DNA of 64,000 nucleotides from Candidatus Dormiibacterota bacterium (GCA_963718525.1 OY970355.1:960001-1024000), one strand, 5' to 3'; positions 39,160 through 48,559 are shown, counted from the first letter of the stretch. Numbers and translations are program-made. Notes: generated by a model not told the origin, from the letters alone.

Positions 39160-39369
39160 ATGCGGGGTAGCCGCCCACTCGCGCTAGCGCTGCTTGTGCT
39201 GGCCGTGATCTTCGCCATCATGGCGATCTTCTACTTCACCCAGAAGACCAGCTTCCTTGCGTCCGGCCCTCCGGCGACGCACTGGAAGCACGCGATCGTC
39301 TTCACCGTGCTCACGCTGCTCGCCGTTGTCGCGGCGAACTTTGCGCGCCCGAAGTCCATCACGGCCTGA
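39160..39369 (+). CDS. Small two-TM protein
   Basis: 69 aa, two hydrophobic helices. Confidence 0.6.
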   Translation: MRGSRPLALALLVLAVIFAIMAIFYFTQKTSFLASGPPATHWKHAIVFTVLTLLAVVAANFARPKSITA

Positions 39370-39376
39370 CCGCCCC

Positions 39377-39871
39377 TTGCCTCTGACACCCGACCGGGCG
39401 GCGCAGATCTATCGCGAGACCTTCAGCGGCACGCGACGAGAGCGACTGTTTCTGTCGTCTGTGTCATTTTTCACGACGTTTGCGGCGACGCGTGCGATCA
39501 CGCACGCGATTCGCGATGGCGTGGGGCCGTTTCACAACCTCACCGTGGGCGGCCGCCACTTCCATCACCTCGTGCTCGGCATCGCCGGTCTCCTCGGTAC
39601 GGGGTACCTCTGGTTGATCGAGGTCAACACCGCGGGGAGGACCAAGGGTACTGACGATGCGCTCGCGAAATTCACGTCCGTCCTGTACGGTGGTGCGGCG
39701 GCGCTCACGCTTGACGAGTTCGCGCTGTGGCTGGATCTCGAAGACGTGTACTGGACCAAGCAGGGACGCGCGAGTGTTGACGCGGTGGTGCTGTTCGGCG
39801 GCGTGCTCTCCATCGGATTGTGGGGCGGACCGTTCTTCCGGCGCCTGTTCCGCGAGCTCTCACACGTCTGA
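39377..39871 (+). CDS. Conserved membrane hypothetical protein
   Basis: GRHFHHLVLGI, LTLDEFALWLDLEDVYW..GRASVDAV; TTG start. Confidence 0.7.
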   Translation: MPLTPDRAAQIYRETFSGTRRERLFLSSVSFFTTFAATRAITHAIRDGVGPFHNLTVGGRHFHHLVLGIAGLLGTGYLWLIEVNTAGRTKGTDDALAKFTSVLYGGAAALTLDEFALWLDLEDVYWTKQGRASVDAVVLFGGVLSIGLWGGPFFRRLFRELSHV

Positions 39872-39883
39872 ACGCCGGCGCGC

Positions 39884-41455
39884 TCACCAGGAATCGACGT
39901 AGCGGCGTTTCGGCGGCTTTGGCGACGGCACGTTGGGATGAAGGATCACCTCGGCAACCAGGGCTCGTGTCTCCGCCGGATCGACCACGTCATCGATCTC
40001 GAAATACGTTGCCGCGTTGACGGCGGTCCCGCGTTCGTACGCATCGGCGACCATCGCGTTGAATTGGGCCTTTCGTGCATCGGCGTCCTCGATCGAATCG
40101 AGCTCCTTTCGGTAGGCGAGCTTGACGGATCCCTCGAGTTCCATCCCTCCGAATTCGCCGGTTGGCCAGGCGACGGTTATGAGTGGAGCGCGAAAGCTGC
40201 CACCCGCCATCGCCTGCGCGCCAAGCCCGTAGCCCTTGCGCAGCACCACCGTCATGAAGGGAACCGTGAGGGCGCCTCCGGCGAGGAACATCCGGCTCGC
40301 GTGGCGCACCAGCGCCGTGGTCTCCGCGTCGGGCCCAACCATGATGCCCGGCGTGTCGCAGAGGAAGAGCACGGGCAGCCGGAACGCCTCGCACAGCTGC
40401 AGGAACCGCGCGGCCTTGTCACCGCAGTCGCTGGTGATAGCACCGGCGAGGTGCATGGGATTGTTGGCGACGATTCCCACCGGGTGGCCTTCGATTCGCG
40501 CGAGCACGGTGACCATGCCGCGCCCGAACCTCGGTCGCAGCTCGAGTGACGAGCCGGTGTCCGCGATGATCTCGACAGCGCGGTGCACGTCGTACGCGCG
40601 CCGCCGGTTCTCCGGGACCACGTCTCGCAGCGGGCGCTGATCTGGAGCTTCCCATGTCGGCACGGGTCCCTGGAAGAACGACAGTGCCTGCCGGGCGAGG
40701 CGAACCGCATCAGCCTCGTCGGTTGCGGCGATGTCGATGACGCCGTTCTTCACCTGCACGTCGAATGGTCCGACCATGTCGGCGTCGACAACACCGAGGC
40801 CGCCGCCCTCGATCATCGCCGGGCCGCCCATACCGATGCTTGCATCCGGCGTCGCGATGATCAGGTCGGAGCAGCCGAGCAGCGCCGCATTGCCGGCGAA
40901 ACAACGACCCGATGCCACCCCGATTCGCGGGACGAGCCCAGAGAGGCGTGCCCAGAGCGCGAACGCCATCACGTCGAGACCCGCGACCATCGCCTGGTCG
41001 GTGTCACCAGGCCTGCCACCGCCGCCCTCGGCGAAGAGCACGACGGGGAGCCGACGGCGCTCGATGATCTCGAAAAGACGGTCCTTCTTACGATGTCCCA
41101 TCGCTCCCTGGGTGCCCGCCAGCACGGTGTAGTCGTACGAGAGAACAGCGCAGTGGGCGCGATCCGCGCCGACAAGGCCGCCGTTCACCCGGGCGGTGCC
41201 GGCGATCAGGCCGTCGGCCGGAGTTCGACGCACCAGGTCGTCGACTGTGCGGCGGCCGCGCTGTGCAGCGATGGCGAGGCCGCCGTACTCGACGAAGCTT
41301 CCCTCGTCGCAGAGGTCGGCGATATTCTCGCGCGCCGTTCGGCGTCCTGACGCATGACGACCTGCGACGACCTCGGCGCGACTCCCGTCGCGTGTCAGGC
41401 TGCGGCGTCGAAGCGCTTCGGCCAGATCAGCGCGCGTCTGCTCGTCTTCGGGCAT
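39884..41455 (-). CDS. Acyl-CoA carboxylase carboxyltransferase subunit
   Basis: YDYTVLAGTQG, GGGGRPGD, DTPGIMVGP, RKGYGLGA. Confidence 0.92.
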   Translation of the reverse strand: MPEDEQTRADLAEALRRRSLTRDGSRAEVVAGRHASGRRTARENIADLCDEGSFVEYGGLAIAAQRGRRTVDDLVRRTPADGLIAGTARVNGGLVGADRAHCAVLSYDYTVLAGTQGAMGHRKKDRLFEIIERRRLPVVLFAEGGGGRPGDTDQAMVAGLDVMAFALWARLSGLVPRIGVASGRCFAGNAALLGCSDLIIATPDASIGMGGPAMIEGGGLGVVDADMVGPFDVQVKNGVIDIAATDEADAVRLARQALSFFQGPVPTWEAPDQRPLRDVVPENRRRAYDVHRAVEIIADTGSSLELRPRFGRGMVTVLARIEGHPVGIVANNPMHLAGAITSDCGDKAARFLQLCEAFRLPVLFLCDTPGIMVGPDAETTALVRHASRMFLAGGALTVPFMTVVLRKGYGLGAQAMAGGSFRAPLITVAWPTGEFGGMELEGSVKLAYRKELDSIEDADARKAQFNAMVADAYERGTAVNAATYFEIDDVVDPAETRALVAEVILHPNVPSPKPPKRRYVDSW

Positions 41456-41492
41456 CGTCGGAGCTTAGTGCTCCGGTGGAGGAGGCGACGCA

Positions 41493-41675
41493 TCAGGCCA
41501 TTGCGTCGCGAGGCGCGATCACCGGCGGGGAGGAAGGCGAAGAGCTGGCGCGCGACGCGGTGACGACCTCGATCGCCGCTGAGATCTCGGCGGCGTTGTC
41601 GCGAGCACGGCGAGCAAGCTCCGGATCACGTTCCACGAGGCGCGCGCGAACGTCGGCCCGGCGAGGCCTTGGACG
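41493..41675 (-). pseudogene. Fragment resembling an actinobacterial-type SAM methyltransferase
   Basis: Startless frame PRRADVRARLVERDPELARRARDNAAEISAAIEVVT between stops; family recalled from memory. Confidence 0.4.
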
Positions 41676-41706
41676 CTATAGGCGGACAGTGTGGATCTAG
41701 GCTTCG

Positions 41707-41814
41707 TCAGGGCGGCGGCTCCACCACGGCAATTCCGTCGGCGATATGGATGCGCCAACCCTCCTCGTGCACCACGCGGTGATGCGGCCGGCACAGAGAG
41801 ACCAGGTTAGTCAG
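41707..41814 (-). pseudogene. C-terminal remnant of an HNH endonuclease (DUF222/REP13E12-type)
   Basis: LTNLVSLCRPHHRVVHEEGWRIHIADGIAVVEPPP*; preceded in frame by TAA, 11 bp from the integrase start. Confidence 0.75.
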
Positions 41815-41824
41815 TTACTGCTAA
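41807..41824. other. Putative attL recombination junction
   Basis: Imperfect inverted repeat TTAGTCAGT-T-ACTGCTAA centred where the HNH frame is broken. Confidence 0.45.
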
Positions 41825-41825
41825 T

Positions 41826-43250
41826 ATGCCCCCTGCCATGAAGAGCCCGAAGGCAGCAGCGATTTATGCGCGGATCAGTAGCGATCCCGCCGGAACCGCG
41901 CTAGGCGTCGAGCGGCAGCTCGAAGACTGTCGGCAGCTCGCGGCCGACCTCGGGTGGAGTGTTGGTGGCGAGTACGTGGATAACGATGTCTCGGCATACT
42001 CGCGCACGCGCAAGAGGCCCGAGTACACGAGGATGCTTGGCGATCTTAGGGACGGCCAGTGCGACGCCGTGTTGGCCTACCACGTCGATCGGCTATACCG
42101 GCGGCCGATAGAACTGGAACAGCTGCTTGAGGTCGCCGCCGAGGCGCGCGTGCTCGGTATTCACTTCGTAGCGGGGCAGGAACTCGACCTTGGCAATGGT
42201 GATGGACTCCTCGTGGTGCGCATGCTCGTCGCGGCGGCGGCACACGAGTCAGCCTCGAAGAGCCGCCGCATCCTTCGCAAGATGGAACAGAACGCAGCCG
42301 CCGGCCTGCCTCACGGTGGTGGCCCCTACCACCGTCCGTTTGGCTACGAGAGCGACAAGATCACTGTTCGCGAATCCGAGGCCGAGCTCATCCGGACGCT
42401 GGCCGGCCGCTTCCTGGCCGGAGAGAGCACCAGGTCGCTCGCGAAATGGCTGGAGCAGGACGGGGCCAAGACGGTCGCGGGAGGGACATGGACGACGACT
42501 ACGGTTCGCAACCTCCTCACCTCCGGCAGAGTGGCGGGCCTGCGCGAGCATCGCGGTCGGATCGTCGGCCCTGCGGTATGGCCGCCGATCATTTCCGTTG
42601 AGCAGCGCGACCGCATCTGTGCACGCCTCACAGCAAACGTCCGCGCCGGGCGACGAACTCCCCGCCGGTACTTGCTGAGTGGATTACTGCGGTGCGGCCG
42701 CTGCGGCACCCGACTGTTCAGCTCAGCTCGGCGAGCCCACCGTCGCTACGTGTGCCTATCCGGACCTGATCACGGCGGCTGTGGTCACCTCACGGTCGTC
42801 GCCGGCCCGTTGGAGGCGCTGGTAGCCGACGCCTGCATCTTCAGACTGGACTCGCCAGAATTAGCCGACGCCCTCGCAGGTCGCGCATCTAAGAACAGGG
42901 AGGCGGCCGCGCTGAGCGAGGAGTTGGCGACCCTCCGAGCGCGCCAAGAAGAGCTTGCTCACCTGTTCGCGGCCGGCGATATCGGCGGCGCCGAATGGCG
43001 GATTGCCGGGCAGGACCTTGCCCAACGCATGCACCATGTCGAGGCGGCCCTGTCGCGGGTGACCCGCACCGACGCGCTCAGCGGCATCGTCGGCGATGGC
43101 GATCGGCTGCGAGCTGCGTGGCAAGGCATCAGTCTTAGTCGACAGAATGCCGTCATCAGGGCAGTACTCGACCATGCGGTGATCGCACCGGGGGTGTCTG
43201 GCGCCCGTGCGCTCGACCATCATCGCGTCGGCTTCGTGTGGCGGGCCTAG
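41826..43250 (+). CDS. Large serine recombinase (integrase), phiRv1-like
   Basis: YARISSD..G..LGVERQ, DNDVSA, DRLYRRP.EL, AAHES, WTTTT, LLSGLLRCGRCG zinc ribbon, C-terminal RV..VWR; start 41826 or 41838. Confidence 0.95.
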   Translation: MPPAMKSPKAAAIYARISSDPAGTALGVERQLEDCRQLAADLGWSVGGEYVDNDVSAYSRTRKRPEYTRMLGDLRDGQCDAVLAYHVDRLYRRPIELEQLLEVAAEARVLGIHFVAGQELDLGNGDGLLVVRMLVAAAAHESASKSRRILRKMEQNAAAGLPHGGGPYHRPFGYESDKITVRESEAELIRTLAGRFLAGESTRSLAKWLEQDGAKTVAGGTWTTTTVRNLLTSGRVAGLREHRGRIVGPAVWPPIISVEQRDRICARLTANVRAGRRTPRRYLLSGLLRCGRCGTRLFSSARRAHRRYVCLSGPDHGGCGHLTVVAGPLEALVADACIFRLDSPELADALAGRASKNREAAALSEELATLRARQEELAHLFAAGDIGGAEWRIAGQDLAQRMHHVEAALSRVTRTDALSGIVGDGDRLRAAWQGISLSRQNAVIRAVLDHAVIAPGVSGARALDHHRVGFVWRA

Positions 43251-43304
43251 TCCCAGAGCGCGAACACCTCGTCGAGTTATGAGTGAGCATCAAATCGACC
43301 AGCA

Positions 43305-44333
43305 CTATCGAGGCGTGAGCAGCTGGCGCAGTTCACGTAACTGACGAGCGACGGACCTCCGATCAGGTTTTTCCTCTGAAGTCTCGGCCAACTGATCAGC
43401 CTTCACCGCGTCGGGCAACGCAATCCCCTCCATGACGATTCTGCGATACAGGGGCAACGCCGCCTGTAGGGTAGCCAGCTGTGGGCCGAAGTTACCCTCT
43501 GGTTCGGCACCCCGTGCCCTAAGCAATCGCTCTTGGCGCGGTCGAATGACGTTCGTACAGATCCACTCCATGTCCTTCTTCGTCACGTACTCGTCGATAC
43601 CACCAACCTTGAGTGCAAAGCTCCCGACGATGACGTCATCGGTGCTGTCTCGGATCTCAAGCAGAGCTTCGGGAAGCTCGATGCCGACGAGGCACTCCGT
43701 CTCTTCGGTGACGAGGAACTCACTGATGCGCGTCGCGATTACGCCGTTGCGCACGCAGGGGAGCCGGTGGCGGGCGCATAGGCAGGCAACAGCGTCATCC
43801 AGCGGTACGCCCTCGTGGAGCCCATGTCTGAGCCAGTGCGGGTTGGAGGAATGGCTCAGGTCGGCGTGGGCGCTCCGCCTTGCGGTGAGCACCGCTTCAG
43901 CGCTCAAAAGTATGCCTGGAAGCCGGTCGTCGGAAACAAGGGCGTCCACTCGCCCGGTAGCCTCGAGTTCATGCACACGGATCCACTCCGAGGCGCGTCG
44001 CCTGCGGACGAACTGCCGAGTGCCAATCGCGTCTGATTCCAGCTGGATATGCGGCGGATCCGTCACCACGCTCGACCCGCTGGGGCCGAGATCAGGAGGT
44101 GATACGTCAAACCAAACGCTATCGCCCTCCCCTCCATGTAGCAGTTCCGGCCTATGCCCGAGCGCACTACGCACGTCCCGACAATCAAGTTCGAGGTGCG
44201 GGTTCTCCGAGAGAAACAACAGACGCGCGCGAAGGCCTTCGGACGTGTCCTGCCACGGAACCTGCCGTCGCGGGTAGACGCGATCTGCCAGGTAGGTGCG
44301 AAGCGCCCGCTCGAACTCGACGTGCAAGTGCAT
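43305..44333 (-). CDS. Hypothetical protein, possible regulator (C-terminal helical DNA-binding-like region)
   Basis: 342 aa ORF divergent from the excisionase; function inferred from position only. Confidence 0.6.
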   Translation of the reverse strand: MHLHVEFERALRTYLADRVYPRRQVPWQDTSEGLRARLLFLSENPHLELDCRDVRSALGHRPELLHGGEGDSVWFDVSPPDLGPSGSSVVTDPPHIQLESDAIGTRQFVRRRRASEWIRVHELEATGRVDALVSDDRLPGILLSAEAVLTARRSAHADLSHSSNPHWLRHGLHEGVPLDDAVACLCARHRLPCVRNGVIATRISEFLVTEETECLVGIELPEALLEIRDSTDDVIVGSFALKVGGIDEYVTKKDMEWICTNVIRPRQERLLRARGAEPEGNFGPQLATLQAALPLYRRIVMEGIALPDAVKADQLAETSEEKPDRRSVARQLRELRQLLTPR

Positions 44334-44461
44334 AGTCCTTGCGTCGCAACTGGGCGAGTGCGAGCCGATAGGGTGCGACGCCGTTGATTTCGTCGTCTGT
44401 GAAGTTCGGCACACTGTCGCCGAACAGGAGGCGAGCGACTCCCGCCCACGTTAGACGGCTT

Positions 44462-44498
44462 GCCCTAGGGCTGCGCGTCATAGGCGCCCTCTATGACG
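44462..44498. promoter_or_regulatory. Operator-like inverted repeats in the divergent control region
   Basis: GCCCTAGGGC (44462-44471) and CGTCATAG-N7-CTATGACG (44476-44498). Confidence 0.45.
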
Positions 44499-44536
44499 TT
44501 CCCACCGAAGCCTGACGGCACTCCACGATTCGCGGC

Positions 44537-44740
44537 ATGGCACCCGACAACTCTAGGACGATCGAAGAGCTGCCCGAGTTCCTGACGAGGGCCGAGGCGG
44601 CCGCACAACTCAGGATCGGCCGGGCGCTCCTTGACCGCATGATCAGCTCCGGCGAGTTGCGCGCACTCCGTGTGCACCGTCGGGTCCTGATCCCAGTCGC
44701 GTCGATCCGTGAGCTCGCCTGCAGAAGTCGACCTCGGTGA
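44537..44740 (+). CDS. Excisionase-like HTH (HTH_17/MerR-like) protein
   Basis: FLTRAEAAAQLRIGRALLDRMISSGELRALRVHRRVLIP. Confidence 0.88.
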   Translation: MAPDNSRTIEELPEFLTRAEAAAQLRIGRALLDRMISSGELRALRVHRRVLIPVASIRELACRSRPR

Positions 44741-45120
44741 GCGCGCAGAGCGGACCACGGCCTGGGTCACGCGACGTCGCAACCCAGCGCCCTGAGGCCG
44801 TTGTCGATACGCCGCTGGCTCGTTGCTCGGTCTCCACGGCCGGTGCGGCCGGCCGGGATCGTCACCCTCCGCAGTTCGATCCGGCGGTGGTGGAGGTCAT
44901 GGTGCGCGCGCCCCGTGAACAACAGCATCTTCCTGCACGCGAGTGCCAGACCTTGCACGACTGGGTCGGAAGGTCGTGCCTCGCGCAAGCCGTTCCGCTC
45001 CACGTCACCGATCCGGCAACGCTGCAGCAGGTGGCGACCCTCCTTGGTGCGACCGCACCAGCGCCGACGAGGCGTCGGACGCCGGGGGCAACTGCAGCGA
45101 CGACCTCACGAGCGTGGTGA
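44737..45120 (+). CDS. Hypothetical mobile-element protein
   Basis: GTGA coupling to the excisionase; SCLAQAVPLHVTDPATLQQVATLL resembles small ORFs of high-GC integrative elements. Confidence 0.45.
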   Translation: MSAQSGPRPGSRDVATQRPEAVVDTPLARCSVSTAGAAGRDRHPPQFDPAVVEVMVRAPREQQHLPARECQTLHDWVGRSCLAQAVPLHVTDPATLQQVATLLGATAPAPTRRRTPGATAATTSRAW

Positions 45121-45207
45121 AGTGCGGCCGATGAATCGCGAAGTCGCTTCTCTGGCGGCGGCCCCATGGCGCCTGTCGCCTCGCGCGGACGTCCGCGACA
45201 AGGCATC

Positions 45208-45966
45208 GTGAGTACGCTTGGCGCAAGGGCGCTCGGACTTGCGGTCGACGGATTTCGGGTTATTCCGGTGATGTCCAACGGCAAGGCGCCTCTCACCGAA
45301 CACGGATGTAAAGACGCGAGCGCTGGCGCTGACCTGATCACGGCATGGTGGCGGCGCTGGCCAGAGGCGAACGTGGGCGTCGCCACCGGAGACGGCCTCT
45401 GTGTCGTCGACGTCGACATGAAGCAGGGCGTCGATGGCGAGGCGACGTGGCAAACTCTTCAGCAGGCACACGGCACGGCGCCGACCACGCGCACAGTGCT
45501 GACCCCCAACGGCGGTCGCCACCTGTACTTCATCAGCGTCGGCGCCAGCGTTGCCTGCAGCGTCAGCAGGTTGGGCCCGGGCATCGACATCCGAGGCTCG
45601 GGCGGCTACGTGGTCGCGGCGGGCACGATCGGCGGCAAGATCTACCAAACCTTGCCCGAGCCTGTCGCGACGGCGCCAGCATGGCTGCTGGAGCTCGTGC
45701 GAGCGCACGACGTCGCAGGCCGCCCGGTCGTCGAATGGCGACAGCTGGCCCGTACGGGGGTCGAGCTCGGTCGCCGTAACGCCGCTGTCGCTTCCTTCGC
45801 CGGTCATTTGCTGCGCAAGGGCGTCGACGCCTGGGTCGTCCTCGAGCTGCTGCGAGGCTGGAACCAGTCTCGTGTCCAGCCGCCGCTGCCGGACGACGAG
45901 CTGCTGCGTTGTGTCGACAGCATCGCGGGCCGGGAGCTGAGTCGGCGGATTGGTCCGCGGTCGTGA
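45208..45966 (+). CDS. Bifunctional DNA primase/polymerase (Prim-Pol plus PriCT)
   Basis: GKAPL..HG.KDAS, WW..WPEANVGVATG, VVDVD, TPNGGRHLYF, GIDIRGSGGYVV, GRRN, PPLPDDE. Confidence 0.92.
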   Translation: MSTLGARALGLAVDGFRVIPVMSNGKAPLTEHGCKDASAGADLITAWWRRWPEANVGVATGDGLCVVDVDMKQGVDGEATWQTLQQAHGTAPTTRTVLTPNGGRHLYFISVGASVACSVSRLGPGIDIRGSGGYVVAAGTIGGKIYQTLPEPVATAPAWLLELVRAHDVAGRPVVEWRQLARTGVELGRRNAAVASFAGHLLRKGVDAWVVLELLRGWNQSRVQPPLPDDELLRCVDSIAGRELSRRIGPRS

Positions 45967-47537
45967 TGACGTCTGACAACATCACGGCGCTTGCCGCGAC
46001 GGAAACGATGCCAGCCATCGTGGTCAACGACAGGCCGCTCCGTGACGTCAGCGCCGATGCTCTGGTCGCGCTCTACGAGTTGAACGACCCTCCCGTTATC
46101 TTCGCCCGCGGCGACGTCCTGGTCCGCGTGCAGCGCAATGCCGATGGCACTGGCCGCGTTGTCCCGCTCGGCGAGGACCACCTCCGCGGCCACCTGACCC
46201 GCAGCGCCGATTTCGTCCGCGCCGTACGGCGCGGGCAGTCGACTGTGGACATCCAAGTAAGCCCGCCCCGGGACGTCGTTCGCGACCTGCTCACTGCAGA
46301 GGGCTTGGCCTTTCCGCATCTGCAAGGCCTGGTCAGTTCTCCGGTGGTGCGCCCCAATGGCAGCATCCTGGAGAAGCCGGGCTTCGACGTGGCGACCGGC
46401 CTCTACTACCTGCCGCCGGTAGGGTTCAGCGTGCCGGCGATCCCCGCCCGGCCGAACACCGACGAGGTGGCCGCGGCGTTGAGCCGGCTGACCGAGGTCT
46501 TCGGAGACTTCCCCTATGCAGACGAGGCCTCGCGCGCGAATGCGATGGCGCTGCTGTTGACTCCGGTGGTCCGCCCGATGATCAGCGGGCCGACCCCCCT
46601 GGGGCTCGTGGACTCTCCTCAGGCGGGGACCGGCAAGGGTTTGCACGTCGAAGTCGCAAGCATCATCGCGACCGGGAGCACGGCCGCGGTGACCACCGCC
46701 CCACGCAGCGACGACGAATGGCGAAAGCGGATCACGTCACTCCTGCTGAGCGGACAGCCCGTGGTGCTCGTAGACAACATCGAGGGGACCCTCCACAGTC
46801 CCAGCCTTGCTGCCGCCATCACGGCGCCGGTCTGGCAGGACCGGTATCTCGGCCAGAACCGTCAGGTGACTCTGCCGGTTCGGGTCGCGTGGCTGGCTAC
46901 CGGAAACAACATCAGGCTGGGCGGGGACCTGGCTCGGCGCTGCTACTGGGTTCGACTCGATGCCCGGAGCGCCCAGCCATGGCGGCGCACCGGCTTCCGC
47001 TACCCCGATTTGGTTGGGCACGTGCGCCAGTGCCGCCCGCAACTGGTCGCAGATCTGCTCACGCTGGTCCAGGCCTGGGTGGCGGATGGCCAGCCCGGCG
47101 CCTCCATCCTGCCCCTGGGGTCGTTCCAGGAATGGGGTCGCATTGTCGAAGGCATCCTGGGCGTGGCCGGCGTCAATGGCTTCCTGGGAAACCTCGACCG
47201 AATGTACGACGTCGCCGACGTCGAGACCGGGGCATGGACAGCATTCCTGGAGGCCTGGTGGGATTACTTCGGCGGCCAGGAGGTGACGGCGGCCGGTGTG
47301 ATCGAGGCCACCGCGTTGGAGCAACCGGGCCTTGTGCGCCTCCGCAACGCCTTGCCAGAGGAGGTGGCTGACGCCAGGCCCGAGCGGCGGAGCCGCGCGC
47401 TCGGGACGGCGCTGGCGTCGCGCGAGGAGCGCCGCTACGGCGCCTCGGGCTTGCGCGTTACCCGGACTGGGACGCAGCACCGAGCCGTCTGCTGGAAGGT
47501 GGTTGTAAATGAGGTGGTGAGTCCGGTGAGTCCCTAA
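45966..47537 (+). CDS. Primase-associated P-loop helicase
   Basis: Walker A QAGTGKG, Walker B VLVDN, ATGNN, DLARR; TGATG coupling. Confidence 0.85.
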   Translation: MTSDNITALAATETMPAIVVNDRPLRDVSADALVALYELNDPPVIFARGDVLVRVQRNADGTGRVVPLGEDHLRGHLTRSADFVRAVRRGQSTVDIQVSPPRDVVRDLLTAEGLAFPHLQGLVSSPVVRPNGSILEKPGFDVATGLYYLPPVGFSVPAIPARPNTDEVAAALSRLTEVFGDFPYADEASRANAMALLLTPVVRPMISGPTPLGLVDSPQAGTGKGLHVEVASIIATGSTAAVTTAPRSDDEWRKRITSLLLSGQPVVLVDNIEGTLHSPSLAAAITAPVWQDRYLGQNRQVTLPVRVAWLATGNNIRLGGDLARRCYWVRLDARSAQPWRRTGFRYPDLVGHVRQCRPQLVADLLTLVQAWVADGQPGASILPLGSFQEWGRIVEGILGVAGVNGFLGNLDRMYDVADVETGAWTAFLEAWWDYFGGQEVTAAGVIEATALEQPGLVRLRNALPEEVADARPERRSRALGTALASREERRYGASGLRVTRTGTQHRAVCWKVVVNEVVSPVSP

Positions 47538-47607
47538 TCAGCCGCCGCAGCGCCGAGCTCCGCGGCCTCCAATCGACATGCAACTCACTGGACTCACCCA
47601 ACTCACC
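47507..47607. repeat. Inverted arrays of 9-bp iterons (putative replication origin of the element)
   Basis: AAATGAGGT, GGTGAGTCC, GGTGAGTCC (47507-47533) facing CAACTCACT, GGACTCACC, CAACTCACC (47581-47607). Confidence 0.7.
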
Positions 47608-47802
47608 AATAAAGACCTCGGCGCTCGCACACCAACGGGACCTGCGGCGTGGCGCCGCGCTGGAATGCACCAAACCTCGTGACGAGCGCCGCCTCGTCAA
47701 GACGCCCTCGCCAGGCGAGGCAACTAACAGAACAGGGCGGGGTCTGACGCCCTCACTGAGCGCCGTTCAACAGTCGGTCCGCGTTAGCTCCCTTCTCACG
47801 AG

Positions 47803-47850
47803 GATTCATCTCATGCATGAGATGAATCTCTTTGATACCATAGATGGTAT
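47803..47850. promoter_or_regulatory. Palindromic operators at the XRE gene promoter
   Basis: Perfect 26-bp palindrome GATTCATCTCATGCATGAGATGAATC (47803-47828) and ATACCAT-AG-ATGGTAT (47835-47850). Confidence 0.65.
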
Positions 47851-48283
47851 GAGAAGAAGCCGTACGGATCTGCGCGACCAGGCGAAACGAGTCGCCACGA
47901 TAAAGAAGCATCGGGTCGACGGACTACACCAGCGGCTGGGGGCACAGGTCGGCGAGAAGATCCAAAAGCTACGCGTAACACGCGGGTACTCGCAGGACCG
48001 ACTTGCCCGCCGCGCAGAGACCTCGCAGTCCGCAATTGCCCGATTGGAAACGGGGAGCGCGCAAGTCCGGCTCGACACGTTGAGTAGGATTGCCCTGGCG
48101 CTTGACGCCGATGTCGACATCAACCTCGTCAAGAAGCCCGCCTCCGACTTTCGCAGCCGCGACTTGCCGAAAGGAACACCCGTCCCGGCGTCGCGGGCGC
48201 GGAGGATGAAGGCGAGGGGCGAGTGGTCAGAAGCCAGCGTCATGGAAACTCGCCCTACACCTCACCGCGAACAAGGATCCTAA
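47849..48283 (+). CDS. XRE-family HTH transcriptional regulator
   Basis: LRVTRGYSQDRLARRAETSQSAIARLETG...TLSRIALAL; TACCAT-N7-ATG start. Confidence 0.88.
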   Translation: MRRSRTDLRDQAKRVATIKKHRVDGLHQRLGAQVGEKIQKLRVTRGYSQDRLARRAETSQSAIARLETGSAQVRLDTLSRIALALDADVDINLVKKPASDFRSRDLPKGTPVPASRARRMKARGEWSEASVMETRPTPHREQGS

Positions 48284-48559
48284 CGAGATCGGCGCTCGGA
48301 CCATCGCCGCCCCGCCGCTCGGTCAACGACTACTTGAGAATCGTCCCAACATCATCTGAGCGGCATCGGATCGGGTCCTCCTTGGGTCGGGGTGGTCCCG
48401 TAGGGTCGTGCCTCCGACCGCTTTCGCGTCGCCGCGAGCCAAGATCTCACCTCGTCGGCCCACTCGCACCACCGGCGCAACTTGATCGGAACTACTGATG
48501 AGAGCGAGCCGAAGCCCTCCAGCCTCTTGGCTTCGGTTCGCCGCCGGGACGAACAAGGG

